A stretch of 64,000 nucleotides of DNA from the NCBI RefSeq assembly GCF_018350175.1, contig NC_058368.1, forward strand, positions 228,286,001 through 228,350,000, written 5' to 3'. Of this stretch, positions 51,885 to 64,000 are shown one piece after another. Source of the DNA: Felis catus (lineage: Eukaryota). The stretch's first letter is position 1, and each line of letters begins with the position of its first letter. The notes below the pieces were generated by a model. The model searched no databases and was not told the origin of the DNA. It saw nothing but the letters and a program-made list of their open reading frames with translations. Position numbers and translations under genes: made by a program.

Positions 51885-52334
51885 ATTTTGAGTCACAGTT
51901 CCTAGAAGGAGAGCCAGGGACTCAGATTCATGCCTTATACTGAGGGAGGGCTCTCAGGAGAAGTGGAATGAGGAAGCAGGATAGTGTGTGGGAAAACCCT
52001 GACAGATGTGGTCTTGGCTTGGACGCTCTGGGGCATGACCTGCACTATAGGCTCACTTTGCCTTGAGGTATGTGAGGTGGCTGTTTGTACCATGTGTCAG
52101 TCAGTGATTGACTATGGGCTGCCCACCGCCCCACCCCCACCCCCCAGGGTGAGAGCTGCCTAACGTTTCAGGCAAGGCCTACTGCAGTAGGGGCAGTCTG
52201 CAGGAGGGGCAGCTGTGAGCCATTAGCAGCCAACACTCCAAGCATCTGGAGGATAGATTCACCTGGAGGATAGGTTAAGCTGGGTGCTCTGCTTGATAGG
52301 GGTCAGGGCAGAACACCAACTGCATCAACTACAC
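51885..52334 (-). mobile_element. ERVL solo LTR (LTR16-like)
   Basis: gaggggcagctgtgagccattagcagccaacactcc...gggcagaacaccaactgcatcaactaca. Confidence 0.75.
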
Positions 52335-53947
52335 ATGCTCTCTGCTCTTAGGTCAAGGTTTTATATTAACCTCCAAAAAATGATGAATGCCTACCACCTT
52401 TTCTCTCCCAGGAGTGTTTGCACTGTGTCCTAGGCAGGAGGAAGAGCCATGATGGTGGAGCTAGCTATAGGCATTGCGCATGACTGGTGTAGAGAATGCT
52501 TTTAGGGAGCGGTTGGGACTGTTCTGGTACCTCCTTTGTTGTCATATTCACATAACATAACTGTGGTCCCAGCAGCAAGTCTGGTGGCTCTGTTGACTGC
52601 AAATATTTCCTGGCAAACATCAGTGCAGCGTGATTTGATTTGTGCTTTGTGTATATTTTGAGAGAGCCGATCCTCCAACCCTCCAGCATGCACAAATCCA
52701 TTACTGACATGCTGAGTTACACCAAACATAGGTTTCCTGAAGCTAGTCTCTGTGATTCTGGAATCACAGTAGAGATGGCTGCTAGAGTTATGCAGTTGCC
52801 TCAATAGTAGAAATGCAGATTTGATTTTATGCTCCCCCCATTGGAGAAGATGCTAGTGAGATGGCAGAATTTAAGTGAAGTCTCTCACTGAGTTTTTAGT
52901 AAGCTCTTAAGCCTTGATGTGATGCAACTTGATACACGATCAAGCCTGGTCATTTTTGTTGATGAGGTTGTAAAACAATTCTGACATTGCAAAGTAGCTC
53001 AGAAAATATAAGAGAGGGTTGATCACCTCTGAAGTAAATTCTGGTGGCATTGACAATTCATCTGTGTGGATATGATGCCTCAAGCTGCATATCTATCCTT
53101 CTCTTATATATTTAGAATGCTTGAAAGTTCTCTTCAAAATTCTCAAGAGAATTCATTGTATGATGTAATTCCTAGTTATTATGTCTCCATGGAGAGATAG
53201 TAAATGAAGTCTTAGAATACTAATGTTGCTTTTCCCCAAATACAGACTAAAATTTCTCATCATTTGGATTGAGTTCATTGGCCTGGCTTGTTTACCAAGA
53301 TAAAAGGGAAACATTTTAATTACATATTGGAGAAAATACATCATAGCTTCATAATATCACTAGAACAATTACTTGTCTCCTCTGTCCCTTATGAAACCAA
53401 ATTAGCCTGGAGGAAATGGGTCTCTTGTATTAAAATTTATTTCAAAGTCACTGCTGAAGGCAACTATTAGAGATGGGACACTCAGAGGAAGTGGTATTAC
53501 CAGTGTTCTGCTAAGATGGGATCAAGTCAAATGTGTCAGGAAAGCAATTAGTATGATTTTTCTTTCTTTAGGCAGTTGGATCAAGGTCAAGAAGAAACCT
53601 CTGTTTTTTTTGAAATTCTTACATTCTTTCTTTATTTTGGACTTTGGATGCTAAGCATTCACTTGCACAATTTTCTCCTCAAACAACATAAATAGACTAG
53701 ATATTGGCAAAGTATTGTCACAACACCTAGAAATTATGAGTTTTTTCTCCTCTTTTTGTTTAAAAACTATAAAAGGTGTGCATTTGCTCATTGAAAAAAA
53801 TTCAAGAAAACAGAGCTAATATGATAGAAAGTGGAAGTTCTCCCTCCATCCTCTGGCTACCCTTCCCATTCACTGGGATAATCACTAGTATCACTTCGGT
53901 GTATATCCTAAGTGTAGAATATATAATGTACTATATATTATATTATA

Positions 53948-54463
53948 TGTTGTGACTGGGCCAGTCCTTGTGGTTCTTATTATGATTGCAAGACACTCTC
54001 AGCAACAACCATCAGGAAACCTTGGGGGATAAAATGTCTATTACTCAAGGGTCCTCAAAATCACATGGGACACCTGGGGGGCTGTACAGCAGGGTTGTGG
54101 AGAGAACTCATGGAGCTGGGGTTCTGCTTTTATTAGAGTTGAGGGTGGGGGTTAGAGTTTCAAGGGTTCACTCTTTATTGGTGAATTTAAAAGAGGAGCA
54201 GGAATATGAAGTGTGCGAAGAGAAAAAAGAAGCAGCCCAAATGGCCAGCTATGGAAATCTACCAATATCGCTAAAGGAAAGGGGCTGAGCAGGTGGGGAG
54301 GAGACCTGGCTCTTGATCTAGTCCTGTGGCTGGCATCGTGCTTATTCCAGACAGCCCTCTTTGAAGTGGTTGCCTCTTTGAAACGGATGCCTTGAATATC
54401 AAAGCTTAAGTCAGGCACCTGCATTATAAAAAAAGAGAAACCAACTGTTACTGTTAACCAACA
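53948..54463 (-). mobile_element. ERVL solo LTR (MER73/MER74/LTR53 group) within an L1ME 3' relic
   Basis: tgttgtgac...accaaca termini; ggttctgcttttattagag; gccttgaatatcaaagcttaagtcaggcac. Confidence 0.6.
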
Positions 54464-55317
54464 GGTTATACAACAATAATGTATGGTGTATAATATATTA
54501 TATATAATATATGAATAGAATAACTATATACACGCTAAATTTTTTGTATAAAGTCATGTATTTTACACACTCTTGTACCATTTGCTTTTTTCCATTCAAG
54601 AACTCCTTAGACAAATGACAAACTGGGAAAAATACTTATGGTTTAGTCACAGAAAATGTGTTAATATCCCTAAACATATTACTCTTCTAAAACTCGGGAA
54701 GAAAATACTCCACCACCATTTAGAAAAATGAGCAAGGAATATAAACTGAAGTTCCATAGAAAAAGAAGTGTTAGTAACCATTAAATATGGAAATAGGCTC
54801 AACTTCATTCATTCTAAAGTGGATAAAAATATAAATTTACACTGTGACACTATTTCTCACTTATCAGGTTGACCAAATTCTACAAGTCTGACATATCCTC
54901 TGTTGATAAGCAAGTGAGAAACAGGCATGTTCACACAATTGCTGATGGGAATAAAACAATAGACAATCTTATGGAGAGCAGTTTGGCAACATCTAGTAAA
55001 AGTGCATATGCATTTACCCTTTGACTCTGCATTCATATCTATGAAATTTCACTTCAGTGTTTTGGAAGATACACTGGAAAAAAATACAAATTTATATCTG
55101 AGAAAAGGATTTATCGTAACAATAGTCATGAGCAAAAAACTGAAAATAATATAAAATTTTTATCAAAAAAGGAGTGGTTGAATAAGTGCACAATGCAGCT
55201 GTAAAGGGGAATGAGGAATATCTTCATGTACTGATATATTTGGTGTACATATATGGACATATGGATCTGTGGTACAAATTACGGGCATACCAAAACTATG
55301 CATATAAGTATATTGCT

Positions 55318-55413
55318 TTTTTTTAGGAGTCTCTATGCCCAATATGGGGCTCAAACTCACAACCCCAAGATCCAGAGTCACATGCTCTATCAACTGAGCC
55401 AGCCATGCACCCC
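55318..55413 (-). mobile_element. Short tRNA-Lys-like carnivore SINE
   Basis: TSD agtatattgctttt; ggggctcaaactcacaaccccaagatccagagtcacatgctctatcaactgagccagcc. Confidence 0.92.
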
Positions 55414-55506
55414 TAGAGTATATTGCTTTTAATTTTAGGAATCTTAGGAATATATATATATACCAAAACCCATGCCAATGGCAGTCACCTATTTGAAGAG
55501 AGGGAT

Positions 55507-55854
55507 TGTTATGGACTTCATATTTTTTCCTTTAAAATTCACATATTGAAATCCTAACCCTTAATGTGATGCTATTAGAAAGTGGACCTTTGAGAGGTGC
55601 TTAGGTCATGAGGTGGAGCCTTCAAGAATAGGATTAGTGCCCTTATAAAAGAGACCCCAGAGAGCTTCCCTCCAACCACGTGAAGATACTGTGAGAAGAT
55701 GACCACCTTGAACCAGGAAAAGAGCCCCCGCTAGACACTAATGCTGGAGGCACCTTGATCTTGGACTTCCAGCCAAGTGTGAGAAATAAATGTTTGTTGT
55801 TTAAGCCACCAGTTTGTGGTATTTTTGTTATAGCAGTCTGAACGGACTAAGACA
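55507..55854 (+). mobile_element. MaLR solo LTR, MLT1A0-like
   Basis: tgttatggact...aaattcacatattgaaatcctaaccc...gttatagcagtctgaacggactaagaca. Confidence 0.9.
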
Positions 55855-56169
55855 GAAGAGAATAGAGAGGACCGTGGAAGAAAACTAGACTTCTCGGAGT
55901 GTATCTTTTTATTTTTTAAATAGTTTTGACTTTGGGAGCATGAGAATGTTTTACATAATTACAAATAAAAATTAATTAAAAATTCAAAAGGCCATCCTTA
56001 AAATAGAGGAAGAAAGGTAGAAAGAAAGAAATTTTGTTGTTTTGAAACAAATAGATACAATGGCAAAACAAATATATAATTATAGTAATGTCATTAGCAC
56101 CCAACAATTTTGTCATAAGAAAAAAGATTCTCTCTGTAAAAAAAATTTTTTAATTAAAAAAATTTAAAA

Positions 56170-56273
56170 GGGGTGGCTGAGGGTTCAGTCAGCTAAGCAT
56201 CTGATTCTTGATTTCGGCTCAGGTCATGACTTTAGGGTAAGGAGATCAAAACCCGAGTTGGGCTCTGCTTAAG

Positions 56274-56307
<34 letters not shown>

Positions 56308-56358
56308 CCTCTCCCTCTGCCTCTCCCCCACTCTCTTTCTCTCAAAAATAAAAAAAGA
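56170..56358 (+). mobile_element. CAN-SINE (older subfamily)
   Basis: cagtcagctaagcatctgattcttgatttcggctcaggtcatga, (CT)n, A tail. Confidence 0.9.
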
Positions 56359-56594
56359 TACAATCATAAAATTAAAAGTATCACTATGAACTCATGATTT
56401 ATTTTTCTTTGTCAATGTGTACGTTTCCAGAGAAAAGAAACAGAAGTTGTGAACAACTCAGTTTTCTTAGACTCCGTTTTGCAACGGAGTTAGCTTCATA
56501 CTGAAGACAACTTGAGAATGTTTAATTGAGGGTCTGAGGACAGAAAACGCATAAGATATACCAAGAACATCTTGTTACATTCAAAAGTAAGGAA

Positions 56595-56801
56595 GGGGCC
56601 CCTGGGCGGCTCAGTTGATTCAGTGTCTGACTTTGGCTCAGCTCATGATCTTGTGGTTTGTGCGTCGGGCTCTGTGCTGACAGCTCAGAGCCTGGAGACT
56701 GCTTCGGATTCTGTGCTTCCGTTTCTCTCTGCCCCTCCCCTATTGTGCTCTATCTCTCTCTGTCTCTCAAAAATAAATGAACGTTAAAAAAATTTTTTTT
56801 T
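56595..56801 (+). mobile_element. CAN-SINE (SINEC_Fc)
   Basis: TSD aaagtaaggaag at 56584 and 56802. Confidence 0.95.
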
Positions 56802-58639
56802 AAAGTAAGGAAGATATCGAGGACGGCTGGGGATTGTGTTACAGGAGAGAATCCGTCTTAAAAGGATGCATTTTAGTCAAAGTGGGGCAGTGTGTATATC
56901 AAAAAGAACAATGATGACAATGGATCGAAATAAGATTCACCTCGATGGATTGATATACAACGGATTCAAGTAGGCTAAAAGTCTAGGCCATCATAAAATG
57001 CTGTCACCACTTCCCTGCCACAAAGCCTTATTGGTCATCATTGGAGTTTGCTAAGGTAACAACCCGTTTTTCTGAAAGCTGGTATGTAAACGAATAAGTC
57101 AAGTATTCATTGGCTTGTCCTGAAATACTGTATTTCAGGGGATTCAAATAGTTGATAAAAGAAAGGTTTTTGTTTTGTTTTGTTTTGAGAAGAATTTCAT
57201 TCAATGTGTGAGATAGGAATAATAAAGTTTAAATGTCACTCTTTGGAATCTCCATTAAAAGGAAAGACCAGAAGCAAGGAGGTTAATTCAGACGCCAGAG
57301 AATGGCCAGATAGAACCAGATAAAAGCCAAAGACAGCAGAACCTGATATTCTGAAAGGGGGAAAAAAAAATCGGGGGTTTTGAACTTCTGGGTCCAGGTA
57401 ATATGGGATAAAAGTACTTTACTGTGTGTTTCTCACTAGCAACAATGAGTAGCCCTGGACTAAAATGAATACAACAACTATCAGAAGACTCTGGAAGGTA
57501 GAAAAAGTAGCCATATTGGGTAAAAATCTCTAGACCCACAGAATGACCTGGAAGTGTGTTCTTGGAACTGTTTTCTTTTGCTTCCCACTTAACTCTCCCT
57601 GAGTGCTAGAAAAGCCTGAAAAGCAGAACTGCTATTGGGAGAAGACATTAGGAGCCCTAGGATGAGCCCATTCTTTCTAGGGAGATGACCAAGAGAAATA
57701 TCTATGGAACAGAACCTTTTTGACTTTATCCGCCCTGCTTGAGGTGAAGCACAGCAAAGAAGTGATGCCTTGTCCCCCCCATCCCAAGTTCCAGCTTTGG
57801 ATCCTACTGGGCAGAGTCCTGTGGACTCTCCCCACCCTGCTGCCAGGAGCCCCAAAGGTGTGTTCCTCCCCCTCCCCACGGGCATGGTGGACCCTGTAAG
57901 ACAAAGCCCAGTTGACTCCACCCTATACCAGCACCTCCCCCTACCTCCCCCCACCACATTCCGCTCAACTTTAATAATTTATCTTTCGTCATGTGAAACA
58001 TGAAAATTATTCTAAAAGTCAGAGGTGTACAAAACAGAATGTCCAGAGAATATTACCCCACTTGCGATTGTATCCTATTTCCATTCTCCCATTTTTCCAC
58101 CCTGTTTTTACTCAAGTCACCAGTCACATTAGTTTCTGGTTTATTCTTTCACAAATGAGCAAATATGTGTATATTTTCTTGTTTTCCTTTCTTGTGGTTT
58201 TTGAAGTCTTTTTGAGTAGAATAGAAGCACACCAATTCAATGGAATTGGCTGTTGATTGGTTAACTGGAAAAGAAAAGAAAAACAATGTTCAGAGACAAC
58301 AGATATCATATTTGATTAGACACATTGTATTCTAACAATATACCCACAGGAATACATTTACAACTTTTGGTGTAGGGACAAGGCCTTTTTATGAGCATAC
58401 ATCAACTATTTGGAGTTCCAAATTACTTATTTTTTACATAAAGCACTATGATCTGTAAGGTCAATAGACAGAGAGGTCCATTTGAGAAGTACTCAAAAGT
58501 TCACATTCTTGGTTCAATTTGTCAAGCTCACAATTCCCCGCCTTTTCACCAATTTACACTTTCATTTTATTATTGGCTTATGTTTTTATTTTGGTTCAGT
58601 TTGGGGGGAAGACTTTTTCTGGGTTCCTGACCTGAAGGC

Positions 58640-59528
58640 TTATAACTTAGGCTGGGCTCCCCAGCTGCAGAGTGTGAGGTGGCAATTCTTGTAAAGCTAG
58701 TTTGTTACAGAAGTGTTCACAAGAGCCTGCAGGGAGCGAGGTAGCAGGGAGGGAATGGGAGAGGTCTAAGTTCACCCAGCCTGATTCTCTGGGGAGCTCT
58801 GTAGCATAAATCAAGCAGGAATTGCACCATGGTCTGTCCTAACTTGTGACAAGGACGCAGGAACTTTGTGTCCCAACGTTACAGTGTAGTTCCTCCTTCT
58901 CTGTGGTTTCGCTTTCCAAGATTTCAGGTACCTGTGGTCAACCTTGGTTTAGAGGCAGATGGTCATCCTCTGACAAATGATCAGAAGGTTAACAGAAGCC
59001 TAACGCTATGTCACAATGCCTATGTCATTTACCTCACTGCATCTTATCAGGTAGGCATTTTATCATCTCACATCGTCACAAGAAGAAGGATGAGTACAGT
59101 ACAATAAGACATTTTGAGTGAGAGAGACCATATTCACATAACTTTTATTATAGTATATTATTATGATTATTCTGAGTTATTGTGAATCTCCTACTGTGCC
59201 TAATTTACAAATTAAACCTTATCATAGGTGTGTACATATAGAAATAATATGTTATGTATAGGGTTCAGTACTAACCACGGCTTTAGGCATTCACTGGGGG
59301 TCTTGGAACGCATACCCCACAAATAAGGGAGGATTACTATAGTCAGCCATTGGCTCCAATGGAGCCAGTGGGAGCTGGGACATACCTTCAGGCATCCATG
59401 GGTGGGGAAATCATCTAAGGGGAGCCCACTGCAGACCCGTGCAGGGGTAGGTCATTAGCAGGAGCACATGCCACAGCTGATAGAGGGTCCCTGAGGATCT
59501 GGGCAGGGAACCCACAGACTCTGCTGCA
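58640..59528 (-). mobile_element. ERVL LTR (LTR16-like) split by MER44
   Basis: cagcctgattctctggggagctctg...; resumes gtcagccattggct; ends gatctgggcagggaacccacagactctgctgca. Confidence 0.7.
58882..59339 (+). mobile_element. MER44/Tigger7 non-autonomous DNA transposon
   Basis: TA-flanked; gtgagagagaccatattcacataacttttatta; ggcattcactgggggtcttggaacgcataccccacaaataagggaggattact. Confidence 0.9.
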
Positions 59529-59711
59529 ATTAGTTTATGCATTCCAGTCCTTGAACAATGAAGGCATTTAAAACTCTCCCCTGGCTGAGAACCCCTGGGA
59601 TAAATAAAATATATTATTTAAAGAAAAACACTATAAGATTTTTCTGTTTATTTTTAACTGCCTCCCTTAGGTGTTGAAATTTGGTATTTTCATTTTTGTT
59701 ACATTCTGAAT

Positions 59712-59908
59712 GCTTCAGCACTTCCTGTAAGACAGACATTCGGTGAAATGCTTTATCTCCGTGATCTCATGTAACCCTCATAGTAGGTCTCCAGGTAAAT
59801 ACTATTCTCATTTGCATTCTTTGAGAACACTGAGGCAGGCAGGGTGTTGGAGCCTGGATCCGATGAATTCAGGCATTCTGATTTCAGAGTCTTCCTCTCT
59901 CTCAACCT
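59712..59908 (-). mobile_element. MIR relic
   Basis: atctcatgtaaccctcatag...aggtaaatactattctcatttg...gagaacactgaggca. Confidence 0.7.
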
Positions 59909-60974
59909 TGACCGCAGGACTTGCCCTCAGGTTCTCCGTGCAGGTGTCCTTTGTCTGAGTCCAATCTTAATGCCTGTATTTTGGGTTCTCTTTGTGGGGA
60001 CTTGTCATCAGTTTGATTGCATCCGTTTGAGAAATCTCTTTGAGAAATCTTTCTTTGTTTTGGTTTGCTGGTGAAGCCCTCTCTAACTCAGCTTTAATTT
60101 AGCCTCTGTTGTGTTTTACTTCAGTCACATCAGTGGGATATTGATTTCAAAGAGACGTGAAAGCTTGTGGTCTGTCAGCTCTCCAGAACTGGAAGTTACC
60201 CTATTTTTCCCCCCAAAATATCTGAATTAAATGCTGTCTTTAGGTTTTGGTGGGACTGGACATTATGCAGAAGACTTTCTCCTTGTGTGCTGTTTTGAAA
60301 CCTATTTTCACCAAAGTTTTTATTCGATTCCCGAAAGGTTTACATTTGATTGCTAATTTCTTATTATTGGTCCCAACTTCCAAAAGTCTGTAGTTTGGTT
60401 TCTGTCTTGTCAACACTCATCTCAAAACCAAAACTCATCTTTGAAGTAATTAGGAATCTAGAAAACAACTTTTATGCCCTAATTGGACACATTCTAGAAA
60501 GCAGCACGTTATGGAAAGTGGCAAATCTTTCTGCATTGTGAAGAACAAGCCCTTAATTTTTTACAAATCTTTTGGTCAATCAAGATTATCCCTGTTGGTG
60601 CTGTTGCTGTTGTTTAACAACAACAGAGATAGTGATAGTGATTCCTACTTAAAACACAAACTAAATGTAACAGAAAAGAATCTCTTTCTTTGCCTATATC
60701 TGCACTTTTCTACTTTAACAGGTTTACTTGATCATTAATCCATTACATTTTTTTTCAATCTCCAATCTTGTTAAGAATTTTTAAGCACTATGCATTCCCA
60801 AAAGTATTGGCCTAAATTTATATTGCCCATCTTTTCCCATGGGGACAGCTTTCATATAAAAGAAGATTTTGTCCTTTATCCTGCCATCATTTTGTGGTAA
60901 TACTTGATTTTATGAAGTGCTCCATTACTGTTAGATTTGGCTAAAAAGATTTTGATAAATAAAGAGGATTTCTC

Positions 60975-61215
60975 GGGGCACCTGGGTGGCTCAGTCGCTT
61001 AAGCACCCAACTTCGGCTCAGGTCATGATCTTGGGTTGGTTTGTGAGTTGGAGCCCCACATTGGGCTCTATGCTGACAGCTCAGAGCCTGGAGCCTGCTT
61101 CGGATTTTGTGTCTCCCTCTCTCTCTTCCCCTCCCTTGCTTGCTCTCTGTCTCTGTCTCTGTCTCTCTCTCTTGAAAATAAACATTAAAAAAATTCTTTT
61201 AAATAAAAAAAAATC
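60975..61215 (+). mobile_element. CAN-SINE (SINEC_Fc)
   Basis: TSD aagag(g/a)atttctc. Confidence 0.96.
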
Positions 61216-61665
61216 AAGAGAATTTCTCTTAAGCTCTTAAATGATTTAGAGACTTATATTTTTGCTTCACTCCCCCCCCCCCAATGTCCTTGGTATGAAA
61301 ACCTAGTGAAAATAATCCAAATCTAGACTAAACTTAATCGGGACCTCAGCAAAGAATGGGTACATCACTACTCTTTACTAAAGAATTCTTTACTTCTTTG
61401 TTCTGACTTTAGGGCATTTGATGGCAATTTCCTTCTACTGTACATTTTTCTTCTGCAATATTAATAGCTACAGCAGGTTGCCGTCTTCCCACTGCAGGGA
61501 CTTGGCACCAAAAAGAGCTGTGATGGCAGATGTACTCTCTCTTCTCCCCACGTAGAGTTATTCTACTTTTTCCCGGAAAAAGTTCTAGGATTCAAAATTA
61601 AAGAAGTAATGAGTTTTGAAGAACAAAGCTCATATCAGCTGCTTAACATCAACTCACCATTCTTT

Positions 61666-61859
61666 TTTTTTTAATGTTTATTTATTTATTTATTTAGAGA
61701 GCAAGCAAGCAGGGGAGGGGCAGAGAGAGAGAGGGAGAGAGAGAATCCCAAGCAGGTTCTGCACTGTCAGCACAGAGTCCGACAGGGGACCCAAACCCAT
61801 GAACCATGAGATCATGACCTGAGACGAAATCAAGAGTTGGACACTTAACCCGACTGACC
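61666..61859 (-). mobile_element. CAN-SINE (SINEC_Fc2-like), slightly 5'-truncated
   Basis: Perfect 19-bp TSD catcaactcaccattcttt at 61647 and 61860. Confidence 0.96.
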
Positions 61860-62261
61860 CATCAACTCACCATTCTTTATAAGACTAATGGAAAAGGGTC
61901 AACACTCCATTTAATACTGCTAATAATAAATAGTCATGTTGCTTTCCATTTGGATAGCACATTTTGGACAACGTGAACAGGGGAAGAATGCTGTTCCTGT
62001 TTTGCTCTTTGGTGCTTAAGCCTTCTGTGTAACGTTGTCACTGGCCCTTTACAAGCCAGGTGCATCAGTCAGAAGTCTGCAAGGAATAGAATTCTGCTCA
62101 AGTTTGATCAACTGGACAGACGCTAATGACAAGTGTAGAGCCCTGGCAAGGTTGAAAAAACCAGAAGAGGATGTTGGGGCACCCAGGGGTTAGCAGAGTG
62201 GGAATCATGAAGGACAAATGGAGGGAAGAATGTTCCTGAAGTCCTAAGAGAACTAGAGCAG

Positions 62262-62737
62262 TGATGAAGCCTTCGTGATGGGGTTTTGGGGTGATGGTGG
62301 GTGTTCAGAGCCAATGGCCAAAAAAGAATTCTTGAAGACATCTTTGGTGCAGAAAAGGTGATTTTATGAAAGCACAGGGACAGGACCTGTGGGCAGAAAG
62401 AGCTGCCCTGGGATTGTGAAGAGTGACTGATTATATATATTCAGGTTGGGAGGGGGTTAGGGACAGCATAAGTCTCTAAGGAATTTTGGAAGCAAGGTTT
62501 CCAGGACCTTGAGGGGCTAACTGTTGTTAGGAAAATGAGAGAGAGGGAGACACAGAATCCGAAGCGGGTTCCAGGCTCCGAGCTGTCAGTGCAGAGCCCG
62601 ATGCAACGCAGGGCTCGAACCCACCAACAGTGAGATCATGACCTGAGTGGAAGTCAGACGCTCAACCGACTGAACCATCCAGGCGCCCCAGTATCTGTCC
62701 CATTTCTTCTTTCCTAGCCTCCCCTTCCCCCTCATCC
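62262..62737 (-). mobile_element. Carnivore ERV1 solo LTR (CarLTR1-like), internally deleted
   Basis: tgatgaagcc...ggccaaaaaagaattcttgaagacatctttggtgcagaaaaggtgattttat...ccaggaccttgaggggcta; resumes tatctgtcc...cctcatc. Confidence 0.8.
62537..62689 (-). mobile_element. CAN-SINE 5' part lacking its tail, inside the LTR
   Basis: gagagagagggagacacagaatccgaagc...caggcgcccc; no poly-T, no TSD. Confidence 0.92.
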
Positions 62738-64000
62738 CAGCACATAAATCTGCTGGGCAAATAATGAGACCCTCAGGGGATTGGAGGAGCTACGACAAGT
62801 TTTCAGTTATTGGGATAGTGAGTAGAGAGAGACAAAAAATACTAACATGTAAACCTGGAGATATTTGGGGAGAAAAAGGAACAAAGGCACAATACAAAAG
62901 TCTCTGGAACTTCAGTTAATAGCCTGAAGACAGACATTTGACTTTCTCCCCTTTACTTCTTGCTTCTTTGTACGTCTCCACTTCAGAAGAGAGAAGAAAA
63001 GGAATTGAGTGAAAAGAGAGAAGAGGAACTGAGTGAAGAGGTGAAAGACGAAATAGGGCCGTGGGTTAAGTAGACAGAAAGGCACAAATGAGAAAAACCA
63101 AAATGCAAAACCAGGTGCCAGGAAGGGGAGCCAAGCAGGTGTTCAGAGAGGACCGAGGGGGTAAAGCTTCTGTCCTTTGGGAGGTTGGGTGGCAGAAAGT
63201 GGGGGGGGGGGTGCAGACTTGCCCTGCTTTTATAGCTCACCTAACTCAGCCATGGTCCCTTTAGAGTTTTAATGGAATCTTAGAGGCTAAATGGACTGGA
63301 ATAAAAGTTGTCGAGTGTTATGTAAATGAGGTCCGCCTACAAAAAGACCCAGTGAGAAGGCAAAACCTTCCTTGGAATAGAAGCTGATGCAGCAGTGAAC
63401 CGAAAGATTGAATGAAAATAGCCAGCTTAGGCGATGGTTGAAAGGCCTAACACGTGTTACAAAATTTTGCTACTTAAATCTGCTTCTGGTTTCATGATTT
63501 CCCCAAGCATGTTAAAAATTAATGTTGTGAACTTCCAGGTAAAAAAGAATTAGAAGTATGAAATTTTGCAAGTGTCTTCAAGTGTTGGGAACATTTTGTG
63601 ATGCAGAATTAGTGAAGAGCTTTACTTGACTAATAATGTGAGAACGGTAACAGCATATTTGGCATATGTGGGTTTAAAAATATTATTCTTAGGTAGCATA
63701 TGTCATGGGGGACTTCAGATATGAAGTAAAATTTTTTTAAAAATTGTGGCAGCATTTGAAGGAATTAAGCTTTTCATTTAAACATGCAAACACCCCCAAT
63801 CTTTTCCCCTAGTTATAGCATGAGGAGATTTGGTGTAATTATAGTCTGGGGCTGTTGTGGAAGGAAAAACAAATAACAGACCTCTTTTTTTTTTTTTCCC
63901 CCTAAGAAGTGAAGGAAACATCTAGAAAGCTTTAGAGCTACTCGCTGTGCCAGCAGTAATAATGTATGTAAGTTTAAATAAAGTATTGAAAGCACCTTTT

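Larger units (their letters stand above)
54605..57400 (+). mobile_element. Ancient L1 (L1MC/L1ME) ORF2 end and 3' UTR fragments with nested SINEs and an LTR
   Basis: agacaaatgacaaactgggaaaaat; ttatggagagcagtttggcaacatctagtaaa..catttaccctttgactc; ttggtcatcattggagtttgctaagg. Confidence 0.7.

Noticed and set aside
56471..56490. Hairpin actccgtt-ttgc-aacggagt
   Set aside because: 8-bp stem inside an L1 relic; expected by chance and too short for a pre-miRNA
1..64000. Novel multi-gene or prokaryote-type system (CRISPR array, operon, defence island)
   Set aside because: Mammalian repeat-rich DNA with no long ORFs, regular repeat-spacer array or gene cluster; the recurring ~200-bp repeats are dispersed CAN-SINEs

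Overview
Repeat-rich, AT-rich mammalian genomic DNA. Felid-type CAN-SINEs (SINEC_Fc) and a young felid-type L1 3' end point to a cat or other felid. I can support no protein-coding exon, RNA gene or processed pseudogene. The ORFs I could assign derive from SINEs, decayed L1 ORF1/ORF2 or low-complexity DNA; the rest match nothing I recognise. Contents: 19 CAN-SINEs (most with readable target-site duplications, TSDs), a decayed ~5.7 kb carnivore L1, several L1 3' ends, L2/MIR relics, MaLR/ERVL/ERV1 solo LTRs, and DNA-transposon relics (two MER44/Tigger7, MER20, Arthur1/MER69B). A minus-strand bias of L1s and LTRs hints at a large intron of a plus-strand gene. I found no new multi-gene system. 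The best observations are structural: (1) a TSD-less young SINE joining half an MLT1J to the middle of an L2, probably a SINE-mediated deletion; (2) two cases of a second retroelement inserting into the TSD of an earlier one; (3) a strong CTCF motif with upstream module built from a MIR 3' end, convergent with a second CTCF motif 8.7 kb away; (4) short AT-to-GC-shifted tracts in old repeats that resemble GC-biased gene conversion. Repeat family names come from my recollection of consensus sequences, not from a search, and boundaries are approximate.
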